DNA from: Chrysomallon squamiferum
Taxonomy: Eukaryota; Animalia; Mollusca
Length of the DNA stretch: 64,000 nt
Assembly (NCBI GenBank): GCA_012295275.1
Contig: CM022671.1
Span: 29,884,001 to 29,948,000, forward strand
Direction: 5' to 3'
Shown: positions 25,726 through 52,302 of the stretch, piece by piece
Numbering within the stretch: position 1 is the first letter of the stretch
Layout of the letters: each line of letters begins with the position of its first letter
Notes under the pieces: model-generated
The model's input: only the letters and a program-made list of their open reading frames with translations
What the model was told of the DNA's origin: nothing
Database searches by the model: none
Translations under genes and position numbers: made by a program

Positions 25726-28700
25726 GTAAGTTTTGTTCATAAGTTTTCAGTAGCAAGCACTGGAAGAAGTGAAAAACTGATTCGTCATGTTCAGTTAATT
25801 TCGTGATAGTTACAGTTTACAACAGTTATTATTCTGTTTATACCCATCGTTTGGGTTCATGTTATAATTTAAAAAATTTAACAAAATTACACTGAATGAT
25901 AATTCATGTTTAATAAATAAATAAATAATATTTCTTAATTTGCAAATGTTTTTGTATTGTTATTATTTTTATTGTTACTATTATTATTATTATTATTTAT
26001 TTTGATTTCCTTTTTCTACATATTATTACCCACACACTTTACAGATTAATGATTTAAAAATTAAATTTTGTAAGTATTACCATGTTGGTATCTATTTTAT
26101 TGTCTATTCTGAACATTTAATTTAATTATTTTGTTTGTTTATTTATTCTTATTTTTTTGTAGATATGGCTCCATTTTATGAAGAAGTCTGCAAAGATCTG
26201 AACTGGAAAGAGGATGACATTTTGTTGCATTCAATGAAAACTGCAAATGCTTCAAAGCTGAAAAAACTTGATGATGCTATTGAAGATGCAGAAAAAAATC
26301 TTGGGGAAACCGAAATAAGGGATTTTATGCTGGAAAAAGCAGAATATCTAAGTGCTATTGGAGATAAGGTGCTTATATTTGTTCTTGTAACCCTTTGCTA
26401 AATCTTCCTTTCTTATCTTGGTTTGTCAGAACAGAAACGTGATATATACATTTTACTTTTGTTAAATGTTATCTTTTATTTAGTACCATTTCAATATTTA
26501 TAATCAAACAAATGAAATATAAAAGGAATATTATAAAATGTCTTCACCAGGGATTAATTTGATACAGAGGTGTTAGGAATTATTTATAATATATATTTTT
26601 TAAATTTTATATTTTCCTAGGAAGGTGCTCTCAGTCAATTTCGGAAGACATATGAGAAAACAGTTGCTCTGGGATACCGACTTGATATTGTATTTCATTT
26701 GATCCGGCTTGGTCTTTTCTACATGGATCATGATCTCATTAAGAAAAATCTGGAAAAAGCACAGAGGTATTATGATTGTAATAAATAAATATAAAATTTA
26801 TGATTGTTAATGTGTTTGCATGCATATGCAAAAACACACACACATACACATTTTTTTATTTTTTATTATTTATAGAATCATGATTATATTCAAAAAAGTT
26901 TAATCTATCTATAACATATTCAGCATATGGCTGGTGCTTGTACAATAAAGAGCTAATTTAAGAAGGACAGATATCTTGTCAGAATTATCCATTGATTATG
27001 ATACAGTTGTACTCTTGCATACTGTTTAGGATCCGGCATGTAGTTTTTGCAATACAAGTACTGGACCAATTATCTGGCGTCCTGAAATCTGGAAAGACCA
27101 GAAAACCAGAAGTTTTTTCCTGACACTATTTTCATAGTTTGCGCACACGGGTGTTGTCATCACCAGACCAGAACTACACTTTCAAGCCACATGGCGTTCG
27201 TTCACTCGCATTGTTTACGTGTTTAGTCGCCACAGTTGTGTATCGTCAATTTTCTTTATGTTTTTAATTTTAAACTGTTTATGCCTAAGGCTAATTATTT
27301 ACTTATTTAGATGCCTTGGTACCAGAAAATCCAGAAAGCCGGAATGCCTCAGGCCCTAAGGAATGCGGATAATTGGTCCGATACCTGTATTATAGTTTTA
27401 AGCAGCATGAAATTGATGCAGCATAAATTATATGTAAATATTTTAATTTGAAATTAATGTTTATGGCTTTTATTTTTTTTTAAATCCACACAAAAATACT
27501 ATTTTCAGTTTGATTGATGAAGGAGGTGACTGGGACAGACGAAACCGACTGAAAGTCTATCGAGGTGTGTACAGTATGTCGGTGAGAGATTTCAAACATG
27601 CTGCCACTCTTTTCCTCGACACCGTTGCAACATTCACATCATACGAGCTGATGGACTACAAGACATTTGTTATGTACACCGTGTTCTGCAGCATGATCTC
27701 ACTGGAGCGGATAGATCTAAGAGAAAAGGTTTGTCTTAATACAAAATATATATATGTATTTTAAAGACATATGATAAAGACAGAAAGTGAAAATAAAATA
27801 TCTGAAATATGTAGGAAAGACAGAGGCTGAAAATGTTAGTGTTACACAAATCTAGAAATGGAAAATTGTTTTAAGTTATTGTGAAATATATTTATTGCAG
27901 ATCATGCTGAATTGTTTTTAATTACAAATTAAACAGAAAATGTGGAAGAAAATATTATCTCTTATCCACTATTTTATTTTAATTTTAAAAACTTAGAAGA
28001 CTTTGAAAAATAGAAATACAAATAAAAAGCATTTGTTTTAGATCAAGATAGATATTAATTGTATATAATGTAAATATAATTTTATGTCTGAAAAATAAAA
28101 TAACGTGTAAATTTGATGATTATTTTTGAGGTTCCTTACTTTTATTTATTTATAACACTGAAGACAATCAGCGCATTAACATTTCTCTATTTTGTTAATT
28201 TTTAAATATGTTTATTAAAACCTAAAACTGTCTTTTAGGTTGTCAAAGGGTCTGAGATTCTGGAGGTCCTTCATGGTTTACCAGATATCAGAGAGTATTT
28301 GTTTTCCTTGTATGACTGTCACTATCAAGATTTCTTCAAATGCTTGGGTAAGATTTTAGTTGCCATTTACTGAGATTTATTTTATTTTGGTTGTTAATGT
28401 TAAAATTTAAATGATCCTTAACTGAGGCAGTCCAAACATCTCATTCCAGTTTTACAAGTCATTTTATTTAAAGGTTAAAATAAGAATTAAAAGTTGTAAA
28501 TCATGTTTTATTTCTAAATTGTTTATTTTTGTGTACTTTGCAAAGGAATTTTATATATATTTAAATCCCATTTTCAGTATTGAATTATTTCTTTTCAGTA
28601 TCTTTTTTAATAACTAATAAACTTTTCATGTCATTGGTTAATCTTTGATTCTATTAATTAAAATAGAAATTAAATTTGACTTGTTTTTTTTATGACTCAC

Positions 28701-30352
28701 TGAATTTATCCACTCAAAAAAGTCTTGGAAAACATGACAGTCATTAAATGAAATTTATGGTCGCAAATAAAATTTTAAGAAATTGCTGTTATAAAATGTA
28801 TTTGAAGAAAGATTATTATTTTAAATGTTTTAATTATTTTTTTCCCCAGCAAAAGTGGAAGATATAATGAAGAAAGACCGTATGTTAGCTCCTCACTGTC
28901 AGTACTATGTGAGAGAAATGAGAATTATGACGTACGCTCAGTTACTGGAATCATATCGCAGTCTCACTCTGCAGTACATGGCTGATGCATTTGGAGTGAC
29001 TGTCGAATTCATGGACAGGTGTGTGATTTCAAAATACCTGCCATTATTATTATTATCAGATAAAGAGTAATAAATGAGAAACATTTTCACTTGACATTAA
29101 GCAAATATTTCTTAAGTTATTTGTACAAAATAATAATATTATTAATAATAATAATAATAAAGAAATAAATAAAATTTACAAGATGAATCTGGAATTTAAT
29201 CTGAAATTTTTGTTCAGGAAAAATCTGTGATATGATAATAAAATGCCAATTCTGAATTTGGTAATTGTAAAAAAAAAAAAAAAATGTATCATGGATTCTA
29301 AAAGAATTTCTTATGTTATGATATATCATTATTATTATTATTATTATTATGAAATTTATTTTAATATTTCAGAGAGTTAGCTAGATTCATAGCTGCAGGA
29401 GGACTGCACTGTAAGATTGATAAAGTGGGAGGTATTGTTGAAACAAACAGACCTGACAGCAAGAACTGGCAGTATCAGGTAATTTTTTCCTTACCACCAG
29501 CTTCCTTTTCTATTCCACTTATTTACAGTGTACGTTAAATACACTGGCCGAAGACTTTAACATCAGTTCATGCAGGTTTATTTATAAGAACTTTACATCA
29601 GTTGATATAGGTTTCTTAATAAGAATTTTGTTTCATGTTTTTATGATAAAATGACATTAATTACATAAATCTTTCAGATTTATTTTATGTGTAAAAATCT
29701 ATTATGCTTACTAGATTAGATAACAGTTGTCAACATCATTTATAAAAAAAATTAATATGATCTTAATTCTCTATAGTTATCATTTTTTTTTACTATTTTA
29801 GAATAATATTTTAATGAATAATTTTGGTTATAAATATTACATACATTTAAAGAAATCTAAAAAAAAAAAAAAAAAAAACTTAATAAAAAAAAAAAAAATA
29901 AAGCAAAGGAAAGTGAAGTAAAAAAAAAAAAAAAAAATAAAAAATGTTGAAAAAGAGATTGGCATTCTAAGTATTTTGCAGAAACTGAATATGAATTATC
30001 TGTCTCCATATTTAACACAGAATTACCTGTCTCCATATTTAACACAGAATTACCTGTCTCCGTATTTAACACAGAATTACCTGTCTCCATATTTAACACA
30101 GAATTACCTGTCTCCGTATTTAACACAGAATTACCTGTCTCCATATTTAACACAGAATTACCTGTCTCCATATTTAACACAGAATTACCTGTCTCCGTAT
30201 TTAACACAGAATTACCTGTCTCCATATTTAACACAGAATTACCTGTCTCCATATTTAACACAGATGATGTTTTATCTCTACAGGCCACCATTAAACAAGG
30301 AGATGTGCTGTTGAATCGGGTGCAGAAGCTGAGTCGAGTGATCAACATCTAG
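25581..30352 (+). CDS. PSMD6: 26S proteasome non-ATPase regulatory subunit 6 (Rpn7), 8 exons, 1170 nt, 389 aa
   Basis: [15 protein letters not shown]...[14 protein letters not shown]...[19 protein letters not shown]...[14 protein letters not shown]...[14 protein letters not shown]; all GT-AG introns, phases consistent, same length as human PSMD6. Confidence 0.98.
26163..26368 (+). CDS. PSMD6: PSMD6 exon 2
   Basis: [12 protein letters not shown]...[13 protein letters not shown]...[10 protein letters not shown]. Confidence 0.97.
26621..26766 (+). CDS. PSMD6: PSMD6 exon 3
   Basis: [48 protein letters not shown]. Confidence 0.97.
27055..27387. mobile_element. Non-autonomous Tc1/mariner-superfamily (Tigger/pogo-like) MITE in PSMD6 intron 3
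   Basis: Left end TA|CAAGTACTGGACCAATTATCTG; reverse complement of right end TA|CAGGTATCGGACCAATTATCCG; TA target duplication; no ORF. Confidence 0.85.
27509..27728 (+). CDS. PSMD6: PSMD6 exon 4
   Basis: [17 protein letters not shown]...[10 protein letters not shown]...LERIDLREK. Confidence 0.97.
28239..28347 (+). CDS. PSMD6: PSMD6 exon 5
   Basis: [36 protein letters not shown]. Confidence 0.97.
28850..29018 (+). CDS. PSMD6: PSMD6 exon 6
   Basis: [55 protein letters not shown]. Confidence 0.97.
29373..29478 (+). CDS. PSMD6: PSMD6 exon 7
   Basis: [35 protein letters not shown]. Confidence 0.97.
29994..30263 (+). repeat. 27-bp minisatellite x10 (AATTACCTGTCTCCRTATTTAACACAG) in PSMD6 intron 7
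   Basis: Ten near-perfect head-to-tail copies; A/G variant in units 3, 5 and 8. Confidence 0.98.
30284..30352 (+). CDS. PSMD6: PSMD6 exon 8 (terminal)
   Basis: [22 protein letters not shown]; AATAAA at about 30472. Confidence 0.96.
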   Translation, partial: ATIKQGDVLLNRVQKLSRVINI

Positions 30353-32541
30353 AAGTGTCTCAACTCATCATTATTGTATTTATGCCTCATCGTTTCATGA
30401 CATTTTCACTTCTAAGACATTTTGGATAAAAACTGAAGACATTCGAGTTCCACATAAGAGAATGATTTGTCAATAAATATTTGTTATATAACTATTTATA
30501 TTGTTGGGTTTTTTGGTTTGTTTACAATAAGATACTTTTATTTGGATGATTTCACTATTTCTCTTTGTCCTGTTTTGAAATGTGATACAGATATAACTAA
30601 TAATTTGTTTCTTTACCATTGTTTTGTTATTATTTTATTTATATTATTATTATTGTTGTTGTTGTTATTATTAATATTATCATCATCATCATCATCATCA
30701 TCATAATTTATATTATTATTTTCAATTATTTTCTATTATTATTTTTTTAATTCATTATTTATTATTCAGTTTTACCTTAAAATTTAAATATGAATTTTTA
30801 CCAGAATTACTGTTAAGTTTGAAATCAAAGGATAAAGTAATTTTTCTGACTTATTTAGATTTATTTATTTATTTTATTTTTTAATATTTTAAAGGATGTT
30901 AAGATGTTTGTTCAAATATTATCGAATTTATTTTTATTTGCCCATTAGACTATCTGAGACTAGTGTAATATATTATTACTATTTATACTGATTATGAACT
31001 AAACGTAATACAAGGAATTTTAAAAGTGAAAATATAAAGCGAACGTGATGAAAAGAAAGCTGCTTTAATGTTAGGTCAAAAGTCATGATTTGACGTCACA
31101 ATGAATACAACGTGACGTTATCTACTAATCTACTGGAATCATACTGCACGAATCTGTCGGGGATTTTATTAGTTCTTATTTCATTAGTTTGAAAAGGGTG
31201 AGCATAAACATGATACTTTACAAGCAGAAACCTGGCGTATAAAAATGATTTTGGAAATATTGATTGACATCTCCTTCATGCTCTCTTATATAGAAGCTAT
31301 TTTTGATACACGGGCTAACTTTTTCCATTAAATAGAAAGACGTAAACTGAACATTTCGTAATGTCTTTTTGTTTAAACTTACGTCTCACTTTGTTTTGCT
31401 TAAAATATTTGTTAAAGATGCGGTAATTTAATAATAATAATAATAATAATAATTTTTTTCTTTGAATTATAAACAAGATTATTTATTTATTTATTTACAG
31501 TTATATCATGATAAAACTGTCGTACTACCCGCGGAATGAACACTATAATATAAATAATATTTTTTCTTGTTCTATATTTTAAAATTATACATTTTGGAGT
31601 TTTATAACAATCATCAGAAAAAGAGTGGTGTTAACATTCAATAAAAAAAACATAGTAAAATTTTAAACGTTTATTATTATTATTATTGTTGTTATTGTTG
31701 TTGTTATTGTTATTATTATTACTTTATCCTAATAATTATTCTCTTAATCTATTTGTCTGTAGGCCTTTACATATCTCCGAATACCTCTGCCTCTTGTGTC
31801 TTCTCAAATGAAAGCGACTCATGAGTCTATAATGAACTCGTAAATATGTCTGCGATCGATTATTGCTATCGGACTTCTTTGTAAAACACACAGCACATAC
31901 GATGTGTTTGATTATTCAAGATAATCTCAGTTTGCATGTGATCGATCGTGCGTGCAACCACTTCAGAATTACAACTTATTAATATACTGTCTCGTAACGT
32001 ATCAAACAACCACCTCATTCAAAAGCCACAATGTATCAAAAAAATAACAACTCTGGATACGTATCAGCAGAGCTGGTTTATAACTATGTATTTATATTGG
32101 GAATGTTACTGTGTTAAGTTATTATGTGTGGGGAAAGAAGTGTATTGTTTAGCTTAGCAACGCACCTTCGTGACTAAATCGGGTGTACCTTTCTCATTAC
32201 TTGGGCAAAGCTTGTCGAAAAACAACGGGGCCTTTGAAGGGAAACCTATTGTTAATTTTGATTCCTTCATTATAAAATACAAAACTCTAAGATTTGAAAT
32301 ACGGGATAAGTTCACGCAATAAAACAACAACAACAACAACAACAAACAACAAATGGCTGTATTCAAGGATAATTTTAATTAAAATTATAATAAACACTCG
32401 ATGCCATTTTAAAATACTCTAACCCATATCGGGCCTCTTGAGTTAAAACAAGGTCTCGAAAACACTCGATATAAATTTAAGAAGCTTGGTCATGCAATAC
32501 GAACATTTTAAAAATAATAATGATCACAGTCTGTGAAGGTG

Positions 32542-45878
<13,337 letters not shown>

Positions 45879-46037
45879 TACAGACATGGCAGCGAGCCTT
45901 TTGTAAAATGTATCCATTCTGGAGATAATTTTCTGAAAAAATATTTTGATATCAAAAAAAAAATAAAATAAAAAAATAAAATAAAAAGAATTGTGAATAA
46001 CTGTGACATATGACGGTGATAATAATGGTGATTAAAA

Positions 46038-46103
<66 letters not shown>

Positions 46104-46258
46104 TTTTATTTTATTTTATTTTATTTATTGCTAAAAGTTTTCTAGTCAGAAATAAGAGTATACTAAATCAAGCTGGCTTGATTAAAGATTTGTTTTGTTG
46201 ATAGTGTTGGGTTTTTGATTAAAACGGTCACTAGCTGTACTGTGTAAATTTTTACATG

Positions 46259-46312
<54 letters not shown>

Positions 46313-46883
46313 AATGTAAAAATATATCATAGACAGTTTACTGTTTTTATACTTTTCTTCTTTTTACTTCATTTTCTGTAAAAGAATGTTCATTATTTTG
46401 TTATAAGCTGTAAATAAAAACAAATACAATACAAATAATCATAATTTGTCGTATTGAATGATTAATATATGAAAAAGAAAATCAAACGGAAATATTCTAA
46501 TAAAAATCATCAGTTTATCACTTTCACAGAATTCACAACGAATAAAACCATGTTCGCTGAAAAAGCCGACATCTTCAAGGACAGTAACTCATTCGTGTAT
46601 TCTTATTTTTCCGAATAGTCTCCCTTGAATTGGTTATGGCATAAATCTGGTTAGACTGACATGGCAGAGAATTCATGTTGTTTGTTTTTTTAAAGCCTTC
46701 ACTTCTGGTTCAATATGTTTTGTTATTATTGTTTTCTAGTTGGATTTTATCTTTTGTTTTATTTTTTAAATATTGTATCTAATGCGTTATTTTATTTTTA
46801 CATGCGTCTGGTATGTGCAAGTACACATATCATTATACTTGATAATTTACGCATGTACAATATATATATATGCTTATAGAAAG

Positions 46884-46942
<59 letters not shown>

Positions 46943-47127
46943 TACATACATATATACATACACAAACACACATAGTTGTATGTATCATATCAACACATGT
47001 ATGCTTAAATATAAATAAATATATTTATATAGTCTTTGAGACTGTAGATGTGTAAGATATTAAAGTATTAAAATAAACACACACACATTACATACATATT
47101 TGGTTTTGAAATTACCTCCAGAGAGAG

Positions 47128-47254
<127 letters not shown>

Positions 47255-47737
47255 TACAGAATGTGATTATGCTGAGAAAAAATGAGCGGCTTTCACGTAA
47301 TTCCTCAGTGCACTGGATATATATTCATCATATAATATACATTTACCCAGCACAATGAAAGACAACTCGAGTTTGCATCAGAAACCTAATAATAAAGATT
47401 TCATCCAGAAAGTAAAGGTCACCGAATAGTTTTCTCCTGTTGCATGACAAAACATGTTTAATCGTCTGACTATTCGCTGCGAAACATGCATCACTTGGCT
47501 CCAATGAAGAAAGGTCAGAGCCGCTGGTTAACCCGCTCGGATCGACATGAAGGTGCAAAGCATGACGGGACGAGACATTTGTGAGGCAGACGTCAAACCA
47601 AGAAAACACGCACTTCCTACAGTCGGAATTCTTCGGCCGGTGGCAAGTGATTTTAATTTTCACGTCTTTTCTGGAACGTCAGAAAGGGTCAAACACGATT
47701 GAACAAGATGTCGACCATATTTTTTGTTTCGTTTTTG

Positions 47738-47772
<35 letters not shown>

Positions 47773-48435
47773 TTTTTTTTAATTAAAAGAAAAAAAAAAA
47801 AAAAAAGAAGAAAAGAAAGACGTATAAATATATTTGTGTATTTAAATATTTATTCGTTTGTATTCGTGTGTGTGTGTGTTTTGGTCTATGATTATATCTC
47901 TTTGTGTGTCTGTCTGCCTGGCTCTTTCTATGTTTATTTGTGTATATGTATTTTATTTATGTATGTGTCTATGTATATACATGTCTGTATATACATTATG
48001 TATATATGTATATATGTCTGTATGTGTGTATATGTATGTCTGTGCGCGTTTGTATGTGTATGCCTTTTTATCTCAGTATATATATATATATATATGTCTC
48101 TTCCACTACCACAGGATTCATTACTGAGTTTCTTGATAACTTGGTATTGTATATTCAATAGCGTCAGTCATAAGCAATTAAGATTTATTTTATTAATTTT
48201 AAGAACGTACCCTAAAACATACAAACATGAACGCACGCAAGCAGGCAAATAATCTTTAAAATAATGAAAAGATAAAAGAAGACTTAGAAAGCGAAAAAAA
48301 AAAAAAAAAAATAAAAAAGACAGGACAATCCAGCATATTTTTTTATTCATTGATGCAAAAATATAGCCATCGAAAGTAGAAACCAAAATTTTATTTCCAG
48401 TTATACAACAATAACAAATAAATAATAAAAAAAAA

Positions 48436-48508
<73 letters not shown>

Positions 48509-48559
48509 CCAAAACATTTTATATTAAAAAAGAAACTGCGGCCTGCCATTTCAACTTTT

Positions 48560-48868
48560 ACTTAGTTCAAACGTTCGAAAACTCGAATGAGCGCGAAAAC
48601 AAAGAAAGCGCACGTTTCGGGTAAGTCGGCCAGATGAAGTGCTTGAAGCGCATGCGTGTGCGACAGGTGAAAAATATTTATGAGGAGGCTGGTAACGATA
48701 GGTTCTTTAGCACGGAGTATGGAGTTAATTTTCCAATTTAAAACCACTTGTAGTGTTGTTTTGCAAAAGTGTTGCGCCCATTGAAAACATTTGGACTTGT
48801 TGCCAACCGGATTATGTTTTTGTACAATGTATGGATACAGACGCGTTTGAAGTAATTGTTGTGTAAAG
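48560..48868 (+). promoter_or_regulatory. Candidate promoter and non-coding first exon of a downstream plus-strand gene
   Basis: CpG-rich patch with NRF1-type GCGCATGCGT (about 48648), ending in a perfect donor AAG|GTAAGT; only short ORFs. Confidence 0.4.
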
Positions 48869-51539
48869 GTAAGTAGGTTTTAGTTCATAATCGAAACCAG
48901 CGATACACTGCACACTTACAAGAGAGAGAAAAAAATATGTTTAAAGATATTAATGGAATAGAAAGAAATTAACGAGATAAATCTCAATTAACGAAACAGA
49001 TCTGTAAATAAATATATTAATATATCGTCCGGTAAAATAGAAACATACTTCACTATTTAAGAAACAAATTACAAACACGCTACATACGTGCATGCATATA
49101 TACAATTATAAATGCATATATACATTACAAAACATGCATACTTACATTTATAAATACATACATAAATATTTAAATCCTTAGGTATATATCATAGATAAAT
49201 ATACAAAACATACACGCGTGCAAATGTCTGACAGGCACAGACATAAGCATACATACGTACATTCATACATATAAACACACACAGATACTAACACATTTAA
49301 AGGGCAGAGAATCAGAGTCGTCCAACTCCAATAAGAAATAAGTTTGACTCATAAGATCTGCCATTGTCTTTAAGATCTCATCCATGTCAACCATATATGT
49401 AACTAAACCCAGGTATAACTTCGTGAATATTACTTTTAATTATTATTATTATTATTTTTTTTAATACTTTAGTACCTTACACATCGACAATCTCAAAAAC
49501 TGTGTTCTGTGGGTTGGAACCGCCTGGTTCTAATTCCTTTATATTTACATAAACATAAACTGACATTTTTTTATTATACGTACAGAGTACATGGAGACAA
49601 TGCACATACACACTGCAACACATAACGTGCGTGTTTCATAAATGACGTGATATTCTTCATCCTATGTCAAATAAATTATTAACGAATATAATTATGGTTG
49701 CATCTTTGTTGTAATTCTCTTTAATAAAAAAAAAGTATTTTCTTTTTCGTTTTCATTTTTATTAAAGAATACATTTTTCTGTTCCTTTCTCATTTTGATT
49801 CTCTCCTCTGCATTCATTTTCAATTTAAAAGAGCAACAGTGTTTTCTATCTAATGACCAGTTATTTGTGGTTTCGTGATGTGTAAATCGTTTCCGGTACC
49901 AACAGAGCTAAACTGCATTTATTCGGAAATCTTCGTATCATTTCGCCATAACGATAGGAAGAGGTATAATAAATCTGCTCAGTTTTGGTTGTGAAGGGCT
50001 GTATATAAACGAATGTGTATATTATGTATTTATGTATGTATGTAATATTCTCTTAAACGCGTTTACTGATACACACACCCCATTTAAAAACACTTGTTGC
50101 TGTGATAAGTTCTTATATCAGTCACTAGAAGAATCAATTTTATCAGTTTAAAGGGTTAAATCTATCTCTTTCAACTCATTTTTGAAAAAAAAAATGTGTT
50201 ATGAAGCATTTGAATCAGTATTTGTTGTAAACAGACGAGTGACAGTGATTATTTTGACTACAGTGAGATGTAGAGATAACACCTAACCCGAAAAATAATA
50301 TTACAATTTGAAGTTCGTTTAACAAATACATATCTATACTTATCATGATTTCCAAATCGTTGCTGAATTCCATCAGATATTTAACTGTCGATTTGTACAC
50401 AGATTCTTCTGTAGCGTTACTCGATCACATTTAAAAACCTTCATCGACAGTTTTATACGTTACAACGTACTTTATTAGTATGCAGTTTCGTAAATACTAT
50501 CTTTGAAAAATCTGTGTGTATGCATGTCACGACATATATTGTTATAGAGATTTCTATAGAATATAGATTAAAGTAGACGTGTCCAGGTTATCAATCATTA
50601 AGATGAATTTTGATGTGGCATATGTATTTAATTCTAAGAATGTCCTATTACATCCCAATAGTTAAAATTATTTTATGTTCAAAGAATACAAGTTTCAGTA
50701 TATATATATATATGTGTGTTTGTGCGTGTGTGTGTGGATGTGTGTGTGTATGAATCTGTAAGTAGATTATGTTTATATGTATGAACCAATATGCATCTGT
50801 GTACCTACATATGCATAAAATAAAAATAAAGTTGTAAAATATGTGTAAAAATATAAATCTTATTTGCCTCTAAAATGTTATAACCTCAGATTTCCTTTTA
50901 CATGCATATTCAAAACAAAACATAATGTAAATAAATGAAAACAAAATCACGAGGTAAGAAAAAAAAAAAATTCATTATGATACTTCCGTTCTTTTCTCGA
51001 TTAAGCACCCCAAAATCTTCTGGTTCGTTTTGGGGTCAAAGACTGAATGAAGTCTTGCCTTTAAAGTACACACGTTAAGGGCGAAGAGAAAGGTCGGTGT
51101 TTGGTTTTGAAATTACCTCCAGTTATCTACCCTTAGTTGACGTCGAAACGTCAGTGAGCGGCGCGCGAGTCGTGTTTGCGGTCAGCTGACTGTCTGAATG
51201 TCGGGTATCTCGCGTCGCCTAGCGAGGAAGATCTCTTTGACACCCGTAATTAGCATTTCAGCGAAAAGTCACGGCTTCTATTTTTGAAAACCTGACATTT
51301 TCAAGTTGGTCAAAGACTGAGAAAACGAACCGTTAGGTGTTAGGTTTGTGTTGTAAAGTACATGTAATGAATGGAATACTTTTCAGTGTTGCCTAGTTCT
51401 TTAAGTACATATGTGTTTAAAGGTACGGGTAATTGTGTATATTTAGGCATGGTGTGTGTATATGTCTGTATGTGTATGTGTATGTGTGTATGTATGTGTG
51501 TATGTACGTATATGTATGTATGTATGTATGTATGGAGAG

Positions 51540-51634
<95 letters not shown>

Positions 51635-52267
51635 TACTAACACTTCTGTCTATAAAGTGACGTATCGAGTACAGATGGTCTAAAATGGGTGAAATATTAC
51701 TGTCAGAATTATTTATTGAAGAAAAAAAATTCTAAAAGTAAATAAATAAATAAATAAATAAAATAATAAAATGAGCAGATACAAATTCACCAAAATTAAA
51801 GGATTTTATAAGAAAACAATTAAAATAATTATAAAGAATGCATTTAGGCTGTTTGTTAAAACGACCACTGGAACACAGTAATATAACATCATCACCAATG
51901 AGCAGTTTTATGGTGAACGTTAACCATTAAAGTGCAGTGATCTTTAAAGTGTGGAGGTTACTGTACTGGGAGATTGCTTCGTGGATTAAATATTATAGTT
52001 TCCTATAAAGATGAATTTGAAATACGAAATTCAACAAACGGTGGTCTGGTAAAGAGAACTGTAAAGAAGGGAAAAAAGCGCGGTAGGTGAAAAAATGTAA
52101 CCAGTTTAAAAGTTGTTTTCTCTGTTGTCGAAAACTGTGTAATATAGTATGTATGTATGTGTGTATGGATGTGTGTGTATGTCTGTGTATTTGGATTAAT
52201 GTCTGGATATATGTATGCATGTATGTGCATGTGTGGGAGGGTGTGTGTGTATGTATTTATATATGTT

Positions 52268-52302
<35 letters not shown>

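Noticed and set aside
29994-30263. 27-bp repeat array as a CRISPR array
   Set aside because: Copies are contiguous with no unique spacers, there are no cas genes, and it lies in a eukaryotic intron
29857-30348. 163-aa minus-strand ORF (SVLNMETGN repeats) as an antisense gene
   Set aside because: Open only because the 27-nt unit has no stop in that frame; it ends in poly-Phe from an A tract
47343-47663. 106-aa minus-strand ORF (and ORFs at 54429-54808 and 57322-57862) as protein-coding genes
   Set aside because: Mostly non-ATG starts, no recognisable motifs, and no phase-consistent exon chain; treated as non-coding islands
47581-48252. Longest ORF in the track (223 aa) and the many poly-I/L/Y/F, ER, SL, CV and TH ORFs
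   Set aside because: Translations of (AAT)n, (GA)n, (CA)n and homopolymer tracts, with no domain-like sequence
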